DNA of 64,000 nucleotides, from contig NW_027191417.1 of the NCBI RefSeq assembly GCF_041146345.1, positions 1,302,001 through 1,366,000 on the forward strand, given 5' to 3'. The DNA is from Neodothiora populina. Its lineage: Eukaryota. The notes beneath the pieces are model-generated. The model was not told the DNA's origin, ran no database searches, and was given only the letters and a program-made list of their open reading frames with translations. Shown here piece by piece: positions 1 to 11,692 of the stretch (position 1 is its first letter; each line of letters begins with the position of its first letter). Both the position numbers and the translations under genes were made by a program.

Positions 1-671
1 CTCCAATTCGTGACATAAGTGCTTGAGAGTATAGGTTCTACATGTCTCGCCAATTGCTTTGTGAAGCTAAGTCTCTGGAGTCGCCTTCAAATGCCGGTGG
101 CACAGCCCCAGACAATGTTCCCAACACTGGCACCAGGACAGACCACCTTGCATGTCATTGTCCATTAATATTGAAATCGTGTGCGATATAGTAAGATAAT
201 TTCGATCGACCGGAGTTGCAACTGAAGTAAAGAAAGGCAGAGACGACGGTGCTTGAATGTGTCACGAAGCCACGGTCGAATAATGTCATAGCTTTACTTC
301 ACGTTTGACATAGGGCGTGAGTAGGTAGCTGGACATGACGCGCGACACCGATTGCGGCGGCAACTACGAGGTCACATTGGTTGGCTGAGGGCTTGAATCA
401 GGTATTCGCAATGTTCTGTTGGTTTTGTGTTGCGAGCAGTGCTGTGCTTGTCTGATTCTGCGGCTGCCCATCTGGTTATATTGAGTCAGTCAAGCACTAG
501 GGAGATCGGATTATTCCACGCTCCACGCGGTTGCCGGTCTTCCGCGTGTGATGCATGCATGATAACTAATCAAGCAGCGTCTTTACTCGAAGATAACGCA
601 TCAAATGAATCCTTCAAGAGCATGCAGGAGCTTAGGAATCATTACATTCGTCCATCTCATCTTACACGTAT

Positions 672-2068
672 CTAGATTTCGAAATTCTCGATCCAATGAC
701 CAACAACGATTTTGCCTTCGGAGAAACCTTTCCGCTGACTCCTAACAATCATAGCCGCATGCGAGTGTCTGACTTTTGAAATGTGTACTGGGTATTTGAC
801 AAATCCCACTTCATCCAGCGCCTCTATCATAGAGAATTGTTCGGGCGTGAGTGCTAAAGTGGGGAATTTGTCTTGCCCTTTCACCTTCTTTACTCCTTTC
901 TCGCCCTGAACCACTGCGCCTTCAGCTTCTGATGGAGGCGTGGGCAAATACTCCTCGCTCTGGCCAGTCGTCAGACGCTCGTAGACTCGATCTGATATAT
1001 GTCTCGCTTCTTCGATCAACGGAAGACGATATCTATCGATGCTGAATCCACCATGGCCACCTTCGTGCAGTTTTATTCGTTGGGCCGATCGAATGGTCTG
1101 GTACCCGCTGTTCATAAGGAATAAAACGCTGCCAATAGGAATCAGTACCACGAAGAGAGCAGCAAGTGGTAACGTCTTCAACGTTCGAATCCCGGTGACG
1201 CGCAGTCTTTCCAGTGCGCTTACTGACTGGTGCGGCTTCGGTCGTACAGGCTCTTCAGGGCGCAAGATAACCCCATCGTAGCCTGGCAAGGGTCGAAGCT
1301 TCACTGCATCGAGGTCCACGTATGGATCTTTGTTAGTAATTCCAGTCGTATAGTAGACGGCGCTTCTGTCATTGATAATATTGCAGTACAGCGATCGATG
1401 TTTGAATTGGGAGAGGGCCTTTAAGAAAATGCTGTTAGGGTCAGCCATGACTGATAGCAATGGTCGCCCGGTGTCCCTGAAGGAGTCGACAGTGAAGAGC
1501 TGATTGCCAGAGGTGCTTAACGTGCGCGCGCCCAGGATATTCCACAAGTATGAGTGTGGCCCCACGCTGGGAGTCCTAACACCAAGATGCGGCGTTGCAA
1601 AGGTTGTGAAATTCTAGACATTAATAAGCAACAACACTTTGTCTTGTAGAGGTGAAGAAGTGCGTACCACAGGTTGTATGGTGTCGAACAAGTTGTTGGA
1701 GTAGAGCAGGCCGATCGCATAGCGTGCGACAAGTCCCCCCAAAGAATATCCTATTATACTGATCTTTTTGATATCATGCCCCTCCTCTTCTAGATCTTCG
1801 ATCTTCTTTTCGATCTCATGAGCAATCCTCTCTCCACCCAGCTCAATCCCATCATAAGTGTAACTGTTCGCATTACTCTTCGCCACGAGCACATACAGAT
1901 CAGGATAAGCTTCCTGGATCGTGGTCTCTAGGTATGAAAGATGTGAAGGGTTGCCCCAGAGTCTATGTTACGTGTAAGTTATGGAGTAGGAAAGCAATTT
2001 GAGAAGCAATAAAGATTGCCTCACCCATGAACAAGAACACAAAGGTGATCGGCTGCTGTGGAGCTCAT
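672..2068 (-). CDS. DUF676 putative lipase/serine esterase (Rog1-like alpha/beta hydrolase); 3 exons (2068-2025, 1962-1668, 1613-672)
   Basis: Spliced N-terminus reads MSSTAADHLCVLVHGLWGNPSHL; nucleophile motif GYSLGG; FTTFATPHLG; late hydrophobic segment and HSHAA. GT-AG introns at 2024-1963 and 1667-1614 keep the frame. Confidence 0.85.
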
Positions 2069-2864
2069 GATTCAAGGATCAAGAAGCCGTTTCACTTCTG
2101 GTGACGGCACCCCTTTCCGCCTAAGTGAAGATTGAGGCAAAATTAGTATACTGTGGCCTGTAATCATTGTTGCTGCTGATATACACCCTTATACCTAACA
2201 ATGAATCCACTTGCGATGTGATGACGTCCGCCGCTCGTTGCTAGTGCTCGGAATCGGGCTAATCTTGCCTCCGCGAGCATTTGCCTTCTTGAGCCGCCGG
2301 TTAGAAGCAAATCATCGCAGAGCCGCAAGGGCTTTGTGATTCTCTAACAGTAACGAGAACGCCAACCCTTGTACTGTACAGTAAGCCTATGTGAATAATA
2401 ATCACTCTTACAAGAGACATCCGTGTTGACCTAGGTTGGAATGAATGATCTGTTCGCACAAAATGAAGAGCCGCCATCAGAATCTCAATTATTGTCTTCC
2501 GTAATTACCTTACTTGTCTCAATTGAGGAAGCTGTCATCCACGCACTAATGCCAAGCCAACTACGCTTTGTTACCGACGTTCTTTCATAAGGAGCCACAT
2601 GGACTCATTCAGCATTTCAGTTTAGAGACTAAAGAATCAGGATTTGAGATCCTCGCTCAACAGTAGTCACTATTCCAGAGTCTACGTAAAAGACTGCACT
2701 GAGTAGTAGCATAAATTTGCTTTGCCTTCACTCGGTAAAGACTCGATTCACTGAGCCCACACTTCGAAGAGCGGCCATATCGTAGCAACTACCAAGGGAA
2801 TATAAATCGAGTGACCATGTACAGCTCATGATCTCATACTTGGATTGTCATATCCGTCAAAGCC

Positions 2865-4904
2865 ATGTTCTCGACGACAGGGCTCTTTAAGAGCATCCCG
2901 TGTCCGGAAGGGGAAAGCTGTGCCATCACAGCTTGCATATTCTCGCATGAGTTGCGACCTAAAACATCAGATAAAACAGCGGAGGCAGCCTCTCTATACG
3001 AAGCTGGAAATGATCATGATCGGAAAAGACGAAAACTCACGGACTCTAGTACTGAGTCTCGATCTCAAGAATCGATTCTGAAAAAAAACTCAGACCTACC
3101 CCAAACCTCGAGCAATGGCTCATACAAGGGCCCTATGGCGAAGTCGGATGTGACACCGATTTCTTCCACCATTTCGAGTGTTACTCGCAAGGCTCCGATC
3201 ACTCTTCAGAGAACAGTCACGCCTCCAATTCTGCAGAAGTCAACAAAGCCAACTACTGCGGCGAAAAGTCAGCCAGTGTCAAGCAAGCCAGTGGCAAAGG
3301 AAACACTGAATCCCCGGAAGGTGGCTCGCGATCCTGCTGGTCACGCTAAACGTACTCTATTTCTCAAGTACATGCATCTAGAGATGTCTCGGTTGAATGA
3401 AGGAGTCAAAAAGGGTGGCCATCCAGACAAGGCTTCACTCTCCCTGACAGACGATGAACTCATAAAGGCTGCCTTGGATGAGGAGGAGAATATCGCTAAC
3501 GGTAACTCAACCGTCTATGCGAACATCATCAAAAACCGTGTCGCGGCATACAAGAAGATGAAAGTGGATGACTGGGTCAAGCATGTATTAACGACATTCG
3601 TCAAGCCCGCGGAGGAAGATACGGCGCCTAAGAAATTCGAGCCGCTAAATACAGGGCTTCCCCTTCATCAAGAATACCTGTTTCTGGACCAATTCATTGC
3701 AGATCAATCTGACCTGGCCAAACATGGCTACGTGCCTATACCACCTAGCGAGAACGAAATGGTAGAGGCCAGAGCGGCAGTGGCGGCATCTTTGAACTAC
3801 GAGGTTTGTGATCGATGCAAATCACGCTTTCGAGTCTTCCCGGATCGCCGCGAGGAAGACGGTGCTCTAACGACCAACGGCCCATGCGTTCATCACTGGG
3901 GTAGACCGGCATATCCAAAGCGTGAAAGGGTAGATGCAATCAAAGGAGGCAGAGAAACAGTGTACAGCTGCTGTGGCGAATCTTTGGGTACTAGAGGATG
4001 TACCAAATTAGAGACTCACGTCTTCAAGATCAACGATGCGAAGCGTCTTGCCTCTGTCTTGCCATTCATGAACACTCCCGAAAATACCAATCCGAAGAAG
4101 GCACCAAACGGCAAGGTCCCAGCCGCATTAACATTCGACTGCGAGATGGGTTACACAGTCTGCGGTTTCGAGCTTATGCGGCTGACAGCCGTGACGTGGC
4201 CAGAAGGCGATCCTTGTATCGACGTTCTGGTCAGACCACAAGGTGCCATTCTGGACTTCAACACTCGCTTTTCCGGCATATCACCCGAAGCGTACGGCGC
4301 GTCGATCCCATATGGAGTCTCATCGGGTCTCGACTCGCTCTTGCCATCTCCACCACCAGGAAGCGAGGTCGCACCCATCCCCGCTCACATTGGTGACCCG
4401 ATGCCAATCGTCGATAGCCCCGCTGCAGCTCGTGATCTGCTCTGCTCTTATATCACGCCCTTGACTCCTCTAATCGGTCACGCCTTAGAAAACGATCTAA
4501 ACGTTGTCCGCTTGTGTCATCCGCGGATCATCGACACCGTACTATTATTCCCACATCCCAAGGGCTTGCCGATCCGGTATGGGCTCAAGATGCTAACAAA
4601 GCAGCGATTGGACCGCGACATCCAGATGGGCGGGGCGAACGGTCACGATTCGGCGGAAGATGCTCGCGCTACCGGCGAGTTGGTCAGATTTGCTGTAAAG
4701 AAGCGCTGGGAAGACTTGAAGAGGGATGGCTTCACGATCGATAATGGTAGGCTGATGCCGCCTCTACCCCCGGACACGCAGCCATCAGCAAAAGAAAGCC
4801 GAGTACTCGGTGGGGGAGCAGCGGACGTCAAAAGACAGAGGATACAGATCCATGGCGAAGAGTCTGGAGAAGGTTCTGCGAAGAGGGCGAATATACGGGA
4901 TTGA
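2865..4904 (+). CDS. REX3: RNA exonuclease 3 (DEDDh 3'-5' exonuclease), single exon
   Basis: 679-aa ORF with N-terminal CPEGESCAITACIFSH, Cys/His segments CDRC...CVHHWG...YSCC, ExoI FDCEMGYT, ExoII LIGHALENDL and ExoIII GHDSAEDARA. Confidence 0.88.
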   Translation: MFSTTGLFKSIPCPEGESCAITACIFSHELRPKTSDKTAEAASLYEAGNDHDRKRRKLTDSSTESRSQESILKKNSDLPQTSSNGSYKGPMAKSDVTPISSTISSVTRKAPITLQRTVTPPILQKSTKPTTAAKSQPVSSKPVAKETLNPRKVARDPAGHAKRTLFLKYMHLEMSRLNEGVKKGGHPDKASLSLTDDELIKAALDEEENIANGNSTVYANIIKNRVAAYKKMKVDDWVKHVLTTFVKPAEEDTAPKKFEPLNTGLPLHQEYLFLDQFIADQSDLAKHGYVPIPPSENEMVEARAAVAASLNYEVCDRCKSRFRVFPDRREEDGALTTNGPCVHHWGRPAYPKRERVDAIKGGRETVYSCCGESLGTRGCTKLETHVFKINDAKRLASVLPFMNTPENTNPKKAPNGKVPAALTFDCEMGYTVCGFELMRLTAVTWPEGDPCIDVLVRPQGAILDFNTRFSGISPEAYGASIPYGVSSGLDSLLPSPPPGSEVAPIPAHIGDPMPIVDSPAAARDLLCSYITPLTPLIGHALENDLNVVRLCHPRIIDTVLLFPHPKGLPIRYGLKMLTKQRLDRDIQMGGANGHDSAEDARATGELVRFAVKKRWEDLKRDGFTIDNGRLMPPLPPDTQPSAKESRVLGGGAADVKRQRIQIHGEESGEGSAKRANIRD

Positions 4905-5038
4905 GGTCTATGGTTGTGAGAGTGCATTTTGAGACTCCTTGTTAGCAAGCGGCATCACAAGGGACACGGTTACGATTGGGCCACTCAGGGTGACCGAGAA
5001 GATGCATCCCATAATTCTTTTTTTATGCCTAAGCGATA

Positions 5039-7121
5039 TCATGCGCCATCAATATGCAGATACATGACGTATCTCATATCTTCATCTCCAACATCCATAT
5101 AAGTGCCTTGTGACTTGGTAAGGCGCATACCCCAATCCAGCACAAAGTCCCTTGTCCAAAAGGAGCTTTTCCAGACCGATCCAGGCAAGAACATAGCTGC
5201 CTTCTTCACGCGATCCAGATACACCGCAGCATCTTCATCGGCTTCCTCCTCGGCAGCGTCTGCCTCGATCACTGGTGCGCCATACTCGGACTCCAGATTC
5301 CGCATCCACTTCCACAGGATACTGTTGTCGTTGGTCTCCCCATTTGCGACGCATTTGCGATAATGTAGATACATGAAACATAAGAGAATCGTCCACATGA
5401 ACTCCTCCTGGTCCGTCCCGCGGAGCTTCCGGAGCTTTGTGGTTCCTGCGCAATACTTGACTCCTCCCATGAATGCTTTGTGAGCCACGGGCGCCTCCTG
5501 GAGTACAATGTCTAGAGCGCCCTCGAGCGTCCAGATGGCGGACCGCGGTTGCATGGCTTGTGAGTCCACGGGCGGTTCCATCACGAGTGATTTGAGGTAT
5601 GCTGCCATGCGCTCTTGTACATCGTCGAGGACTTCGATTTGGCCCTCTCGGTATATAGCGGCCATGGCCTGGCGTGAGTTTTGTGGCTCTTCGGGAAGAG
5701 CATCATTGGATTGCTCTAGTCGTTGGATCTTCGGCAGAAGCGACATCATGATGTACAACGCGATTCGCGGAAGATATCTTTGTCCGTAGCCACGGTACAG
5801 ATAATCTTCTGGCGTCTCCACTGGTGTGACTTCTACACCTCGTTCGAACTGGACAATGTAGCAAAAGAGCTCTGCTAGAGGCTCAGGTATAGGTGCCCAT
5901 GCTTTACTGAATGCACTAAAATCAGACGTGTCATGGAGCTGCCAGCGCAGAAGTCGGAAAGTGGCTGCTTCTGAGTTCCATTCGCCTGATGTCTTGAAAT
6001 AGCCGGGATGAATGACTCGTAGCATCTCCTGCAACGGTGGCGGCGGGGGCCTCATCGATAGGAGAATGCCGTCGTGAGGGTTATCGGCGGCGCAAAATCC
6101 ATAACCCATGAGAAGCTCATCATTGCCTTTTGGTCCGTAGTTGTTGAATACCTCTTCGCCAGCTTTCACTCCATCGGATACGGTGAAGCTGAAGCGGCCT
6201 GGGTCATATGCCCAGTCTACTCTAGCATTAGGATTATGGTTGCCAGCATCCATGACAGGGAACAATATCGAGAAGTCTTTCCAATCCTGCGAATAATTAC
6301 TGAGGTCTAAAAGCGCAGTCTGCCTGCCCTGCGGCGTGTACTTGTACGCCGTCCAATATTTACTATCTTGTGGACGGACAGTCTGTGAATTGAAGCTCCG
6401 GGAAGTGTATACAGTAGCTGCCCACTTGAAAAGGTCCCTGTGGAGGCGATCAGTCATGCTATAACATCTCTATTTGTGCTAACGACCCAGCGCCCCTGCT
6501 GATGTTTCTTCATTGGTAGACATCGTTAGTTTTACTCACCACACACCAACAAATGGGACGTATGGATAGACGTCGTAGCTATCCACTCTCGCTGTCTTCC
6601 TATCATTACGACAGAACTTACCAAGTATAGGGGTCAACGTCGATACCTTCCGACTCGAGGATCTTGATGCCATCTTGCCAGTAAGTTCTCCACACTGCTT
6701 CTCTTGCAAGTGATGTTGGTTGAAGATCAGTTCCTTCTAACCATTTCCGGTCATCATCAGCAAACCACAACGGGGTATCATAGCCCGATGCAGGAGAAGG
6801 TAGGCTTTCCAAGTAAGGCCTCCAAAAAGACGTCTCAATGTTGATATATTGCGCACAAAGATAGAAGAAAGTCAAAGCTTCTACAGTGAATTGCTTCGCA
6901 TGAGATCTGAAGACGGGAAACGCATCATCTACCTGAGCATTCAGATTCGATATCGCCAAGTGATGTGGAACAGTCAAAACATGTGTGCCCGGCGCGACAT
7001 CTGCTGAGCATCGAAAGTGCGCACCAAGCTGCTCATCGTATGAAAGAATGATGGAAGGATGTAGATAGCCGCCATTGTCAATGAACCATTTCACCAATCT
7101 TTCCAGTTTGAGTGAAGCCAT
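5039..7121 (-). CDS. SET-domain protein lysine methyltransferase (Rubisco-LSMT/Rkm-like); 2 exons (7121-6622, 6437-5039)
   Basis: N-terminal WFIDNGGYLHP and FWRPYLESLP; spliced junction PYTW|DLFKWAATVYTSRSF; FPVMDAGNH and FNNYGPKGNDELLMGYGF SET motifs. Intron 6621-6438 is GTAAGT...CACAG. Confidence 0.85.
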
Positions 7122-7825
7122 TGCTATTCAGTTTCACTCGGGCCCGAGACGGTTGCCAATAGTGTACACATTCAAATTTACAACACAGATTTTTGTACCT
7201 TATAATGTTTCTCGGAAACGACATATTTTGTGCTTCAAAGACACGACAATTAAGCGTACGTCATTGGTCCGACCTTTACTCCACCTCGAGGTACCGCTAA
7301 ACCCGCACCACTTGGCACTGACTCGCATGTCCTATACGAGGCTTGCGAGGCTGAGTAGGGAAAAATGTGGGAGGATGGCCAGGACGAAGAGCTCTAGTGA
7401 CTGTATCCTACCAAGCTTGTAGGAGAATAGTCAGGTGGCAAAGGCTAACAGGACAACCGTACCTTAGCCTTGCTTCCGTAATCTACCGTAGACGTAAACA
7501 GAACTACACCAACAGCAGACTAATCTCCAGCTTGTAACGTGTGACAAACAAATACAGGAATATACTACGTCCTAAACCAAGAGACGGACCTCGACTCGGC
7601 CTTGGCCTTCTTCGCTAGTGACAAACTTGGGTCAGCTGGCAAGCAAGCCGTGTTGTGAGCTCTACATATCGTCCGAGGTTGATAAGGACGGGCGAGGAAC
7701 ATATCTACCGGTCTTTGGCAATCAACATATATTTCCCTATCTTCATCATCTCGAACTCTTTGAAAGACTGCTTTTTTTCGCGCGTTTCATTTTTTTTTGC
7801 TCAGGGTTAAATATCATCTATCACG

Positions 7826-9178
7826 ATGACTTTGACCGTGCTCACCGACGAGAACGTGCGGAGAGTGTTGCATTTGTTGGATAAGAAAGATATCGAAGAC
7901 CTTCAGCAAACTTTGGCAGATGCGTTGCACCAATACTCCATGGCTGGAGAGGAAGATGGACGTTGCTCAAGTTATCAACCCCACCGAACATCACTAAAAC
8001 GTGCCGATGGCAAGACAACTCTTTTTATGCCTGCGAGCAGCAACAATGGCTTGGGCGTCAAGATCATTACCTTGGACACACCTGAAGAACCCACTGTCCC
8101 CTTGAACTTGAAGAGGTTGTCCTTGTCCTCTACAGCTAGTAGTGATGCCAAGTCTTCTCGGGCGAACTCGATATCTACCAGCTCTTCTTTGGAAAAGATC
8201 AGTCGTCCATCAACAGCGACATCAATTATTACCACCCCTCGTGGATCCGTCACTCTATTCGATGCTGTCGGGAACCCGAGTGCCATGATCAACTGCGAGG
8301 AACTGACAGCATTCCGAACAGCACTGGCGAGCACCATGTTGATGAAGAAGCGCAAGAGCGTTCACGATATTACCGTGTTTGGCGCCGGAAAGCAAGCATA
8401 CTGGCACGTCCGTCTGGCCATGCTTCTCCGAGGCACTGACATCCATCACCTAAACGTTGTCAACAGGTCCTTTGACCGAGCTCGACAACTGCTGATGTCC
8501 ATCTATAATCCATTCCCAAACGATCCAGAATTTGACAACCTCATCGGGCACAAGTACAACACCAAGACGAAAACATCAATCCTGACCCCTGGACACGGAG
8601 AGTATGGCCGCCTGATGAAGAAATACGTGCGAGACGCAAACGTGATATTCTGCTGTACCCCGAGCACGCAACCTCTTTTCCCAGCCTCCTACCTGCTCAA
8701 CCCAGGCGGAAGGCAGAAAGCGCGCTACATCGCACTTATCGGATCGTACAAGCCCCACATGCTAGAGCTGCACCCGGACGTGCTGAGAAGCGCGGTCGCG
8801 CCCCACCATGAACACCGTCATTACCACAAGCACCAGAAGGAAGGCGGCGCTGTCATCGTGGACAGCGTGGAGGCTTGTCTGCAAGAAGCGGGCGAGGTCA
8901 TCCAAGCCGGTCTGCAGCCGGACCAAGTGGTCGAGCTAGGCGAACTAGTCATGTTGCGTAAGGAAGCGGCCAAGCAAGCCAAGGAAATGGGCCAGGGCAG
9001 CGAGGGCGATGAAGGTGGAATCCAGGTCGATAACTCGTCTGGTCTCAAGGAGTGGCTGTTTCAGGGTAATGTCATTTACAAGTCTGTAGGCTTGGGACTA
9101 ATGGATGTTGTCATTGGAGCTGAGCTGGTGAGGCTGGCGAAAGAGCTTGATATTGGTACCTTTGTCGAGAACTTTTGA
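7826..9178 (+). CDS. Ornithine cyclodeaminase/mu-crystallin family NAD(P)-binding protein (PrnX-like)
   Basis: 450-aa ORF with TTLFMPA, GVKI, LTAFRTALAS, Rossmann-like FGAGKQA, CCTPS, IGSYKPHMLEL and YKSVGLGLMD, all typical of the OCD/mu-crystallin family. Confidence 0.82.
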   Translation: MTLTVLTDENVRRVLHLLDKKDIEDLQQTLADALHQYSMAGEEDGRCSSYQPHRTSLKRADGKTTLFMPASSNNGLGVKIITLDTPEEPTVPLNLKRLSLSSTASSDAKSSRANSISTSSSLEKISRPSTATSIITTPRGSVTLFDAVGNPSAMINCEELTAFRTALASTMLMKKRKSVHDITVFGAGKQAYWHVRLAMLLRGTDIHHLNVVNRSFDRARQLLMSIYNPFPNDPEFDNLIGHKYNTKTKTSILTPGHGEYGRLMKKYVRDANVIFCCTPSTQPLFPASYLLNPGGRQKARYIALIGSYKPHMLELHPDVLRSAVAPHHEHRHYHKHQKEGGAVIVDSVEACLQEAGEVIQAGLQPDQVVELGELVMLRKEAAKQAKEMGQGSEGDEGGIQVDNSSGLKEWLFQGNVIYKSVGLGLMDVVIGAELVRLAKELDIGTFVENF

Positions 9179-9555
9179 GGCTGCTTCGGCAATGCTCTTG
9201 AAGTCAGGCTTGCTTTGTGATATGGTAAACGATACATATGTTCTCAATGTTTCAGCAAATAAATCACTGCAAAGAGCTTGGCGCCTCTTGAATCATGGTC
9301 TGCGAACGAGAAGTACTGCTTTGACAGCACGTTCACCTGTCACCTTCACTAATTGCTGCAAAATGCGAGACCCATGCACTAGTGACCACTATATAATACG
9401 ATGTGGAAAAGTCTGAGAGGTAATACGTGCAAATCATTGTAGCCGGCATATGTGGTTATAACTAATTTACATATTATTGTACTGTTTGATCGGCGCGCCG
9501 GTCGTAGGAGCTACATTTTTGTCTATGCATATCCCCCTGATTGTACAAAGCCAGT

Positions 9556-11360
9556 CTATACGGCAAAAGTCGTGTCACGCTCAAGAGGAACACCGTTGGT
9601 CACAGTACCATAGGGGCTGGAAAGGCAAGTCAGTCGTCGCCGTCATCGGAAAACACAGTGAGTAGTCATGATGGGCTTACTTGGTGGGATAATCTCCGTT
9701 GCAAGAGAAGTCATATTGCGCCTCTTCGAGTTTGCTGCTCAGAACCTCGACGAAAGTTGACAGCTCGCACCAGCCGTCGTCTCGAACGCCGCAGACGGGG
9801 AAAGACTTGAACATTGGCAGAGTACGCTGATTCAGGATGAAATGGACGTAGGTCGTGGGTGGTCCGTTAATGTATGTATCTGTGGCGTTCCGGGAAGCGT
9901 TGAGGGGAGCAGGGGTGTTGATGACTTCCATGTCGAGACGCGCGCCGAAAGGCTCCTGTGCGATTTGTGAGAACAGTATGAGCAAACATGGTTTGACTTC
10001 ACTTACGAGGTGGGAGACAACGAGGTCATGGGGAACCATATGTGTGGCAGGCAAGAAGGTGTCGAACTGGGTGAAACCCATAGCTGTCAATATGGCCATG
10101 ATGTTGGTGTCATGCGAGAAGTCGAAGTTCAGACTTTGGTCGAGAGGGAAAGTACTTGTCATGTTGTCGAGCGTGAAGTTGAGCTGGCCCGCTGGGCTGT
10201 CGATAGTGTGCTTGGTGAGGCGTGCGAGAAGTTCTTGAACGTAGCCGATACCAACAGCTCGGCCAGTTGGACTCTGGAATGCATTGTTTCCACTGAAGCT
10301 GATATCGATGGAGTACTCATATCCTTGCCACTCGTCGTAAGTGAACAGACCACAAAAGGCCGAATAGCCCAGAGCGACTGTCTCGTAGGCACAGAGACTC
10401 TGAGCATTATAAGTGTCGGTCACAGTCCAATTGAATCCAGGAGCGAGCTCCCGTAGTCGTGCAGTGGCGTTTGCAAGATAGATGCTGGCCCATTCATTTG
10501 TAGCATTTGTTCCTGCACTGTTGCGATATGTGTTGGAGTTATTGCAATTGTAATAGCCAGCAAGCGTGTTGTTCCACACGCCCGTGGTGTTCTCAATGAT
10601 AAGTTCGAGTGTTGCATTGTGCTGCCACTGTAGTCCAAAAAATCCAGCAAGGAAGTACTCGGCCGACTCGGTCATGCGGCTTTGGGTCGTACTACGAGCA
10701 ATAATCTTCGAGCCGTTGTTGGGATACAGATGGCCATACATAATCTGGTGAAGCGTTCCAGAGTCAAAAAGTTCCTGCTTTCCTACAGGCACAAGAATCT
10801 CGGCCCCAAGCTTGTAGGTCCAGTCATTCAGGAATGAGAGATCCCCGGTGTAGTTAGCTTTTCCAGTCATGTTGAAGTGCTTGGCGCCAAAGTTGGATGC
10901 GCCTGAGCCGGTGGTTGGGTAACGTGAACCATGACGAGAAAGCATGTTCAATTGAACAATCTTTGCACCTGATGGTAAGGGATACTCATCCACACCGAAT
11001 CCATCTGGATTTGGAAAATAATGGCTCAATTGGCCCATCATTTGGAAGATATTTCCACTGTTGGTGTTACCAGCGATGGGCACCTGTGTCTCCAATGGAG
11101 TGTTTGGGATGTAACTAGTGCCAGAGAATGGAGCGGCATTGGTCTCAGCAAGAAAAGCCGGATCACCAGTAGGTGTTGGACCTTTAGGACAATGAGTATG
11201 AGCGGGTTTCTGGTTCAGCGTTCATTTACCTACCCGGGTATAGCATGGGTTGAGTCTGGAAGTACTGAGGCACCGAACTCGAGGACGACTCCTGCCTCGC
11301 TACCGCAGCGGCATTGACGCAGGTAGCTATGGCACCCCAGGCGAATGACTTGTAGAGCAT
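9556..11360 (-). CDS. Secreted histidine acid phosphatase / 3-phytase-like; 4 exons (11360-11234, 11181-10007, 9955-9681, 9616-9556)
   Basis: Signal-peptide-like MLYKSFAWGAIATCVNAAAVA; catalytic RHGSRYP; proton-donor FSHD; many N-x-S/T sequons; three GT-AG introns give a continuous frame ending ...NPYGTVTNGVPLERDTTFAV*. Confidence 0.88.
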
Positions 11361-11686
11361 AACGAAGAAGCCAATTGAACCAATGGCAAGAGCTACTTGG
11401 ACGATGAATAGTAGACGAGTGGCGAAGCGTTGCCTGGGTGTGTTGGAGGCCGCGGGTAAACCTAACATTATATACTGTGGTCCCGTCTGCAACCTCGTAC
11501 GGATCTTCTCGATTCCCATACTGCTGTCAAGCATCATAACATCATAGGTACAGGCTAGGCGAGGTAAGTTGTGGTTGACGAATGATGTGTTCTTGCACTA
11601 AGGCCTGCATGAACCAAATGTTCAGTACCTCAATGAAGCACGAAGCTTAATTGGCCCCGCATGCCAATAGTCAACGTCAAGCTTTA

Positions 11687-11692
11687 CACGTG
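11687..11692. promoter_or_regulatory. CACGTG E-box upstream of the acid phosphatase (possible Pho4/NUC-1/PalcA site); second copy TCACGTGA at 12375-12382
   Basis: Motif seen about 330 bp upstream of the phosphatase ATG. Fungal phosphate-repressible phosphatases are controlled by bHLH factors that bind CACGTG, but function here is inferred and a 6-mer can occur by chance. Confidence 0.35.

Noticed and set aside
1..670. Intron-like GTGAGT...CAG (318-401) and an 82-aa ORF at the window start
   Set aside because: All three plus-strand frames hit stops at the window start and no coherent coding model can be built.
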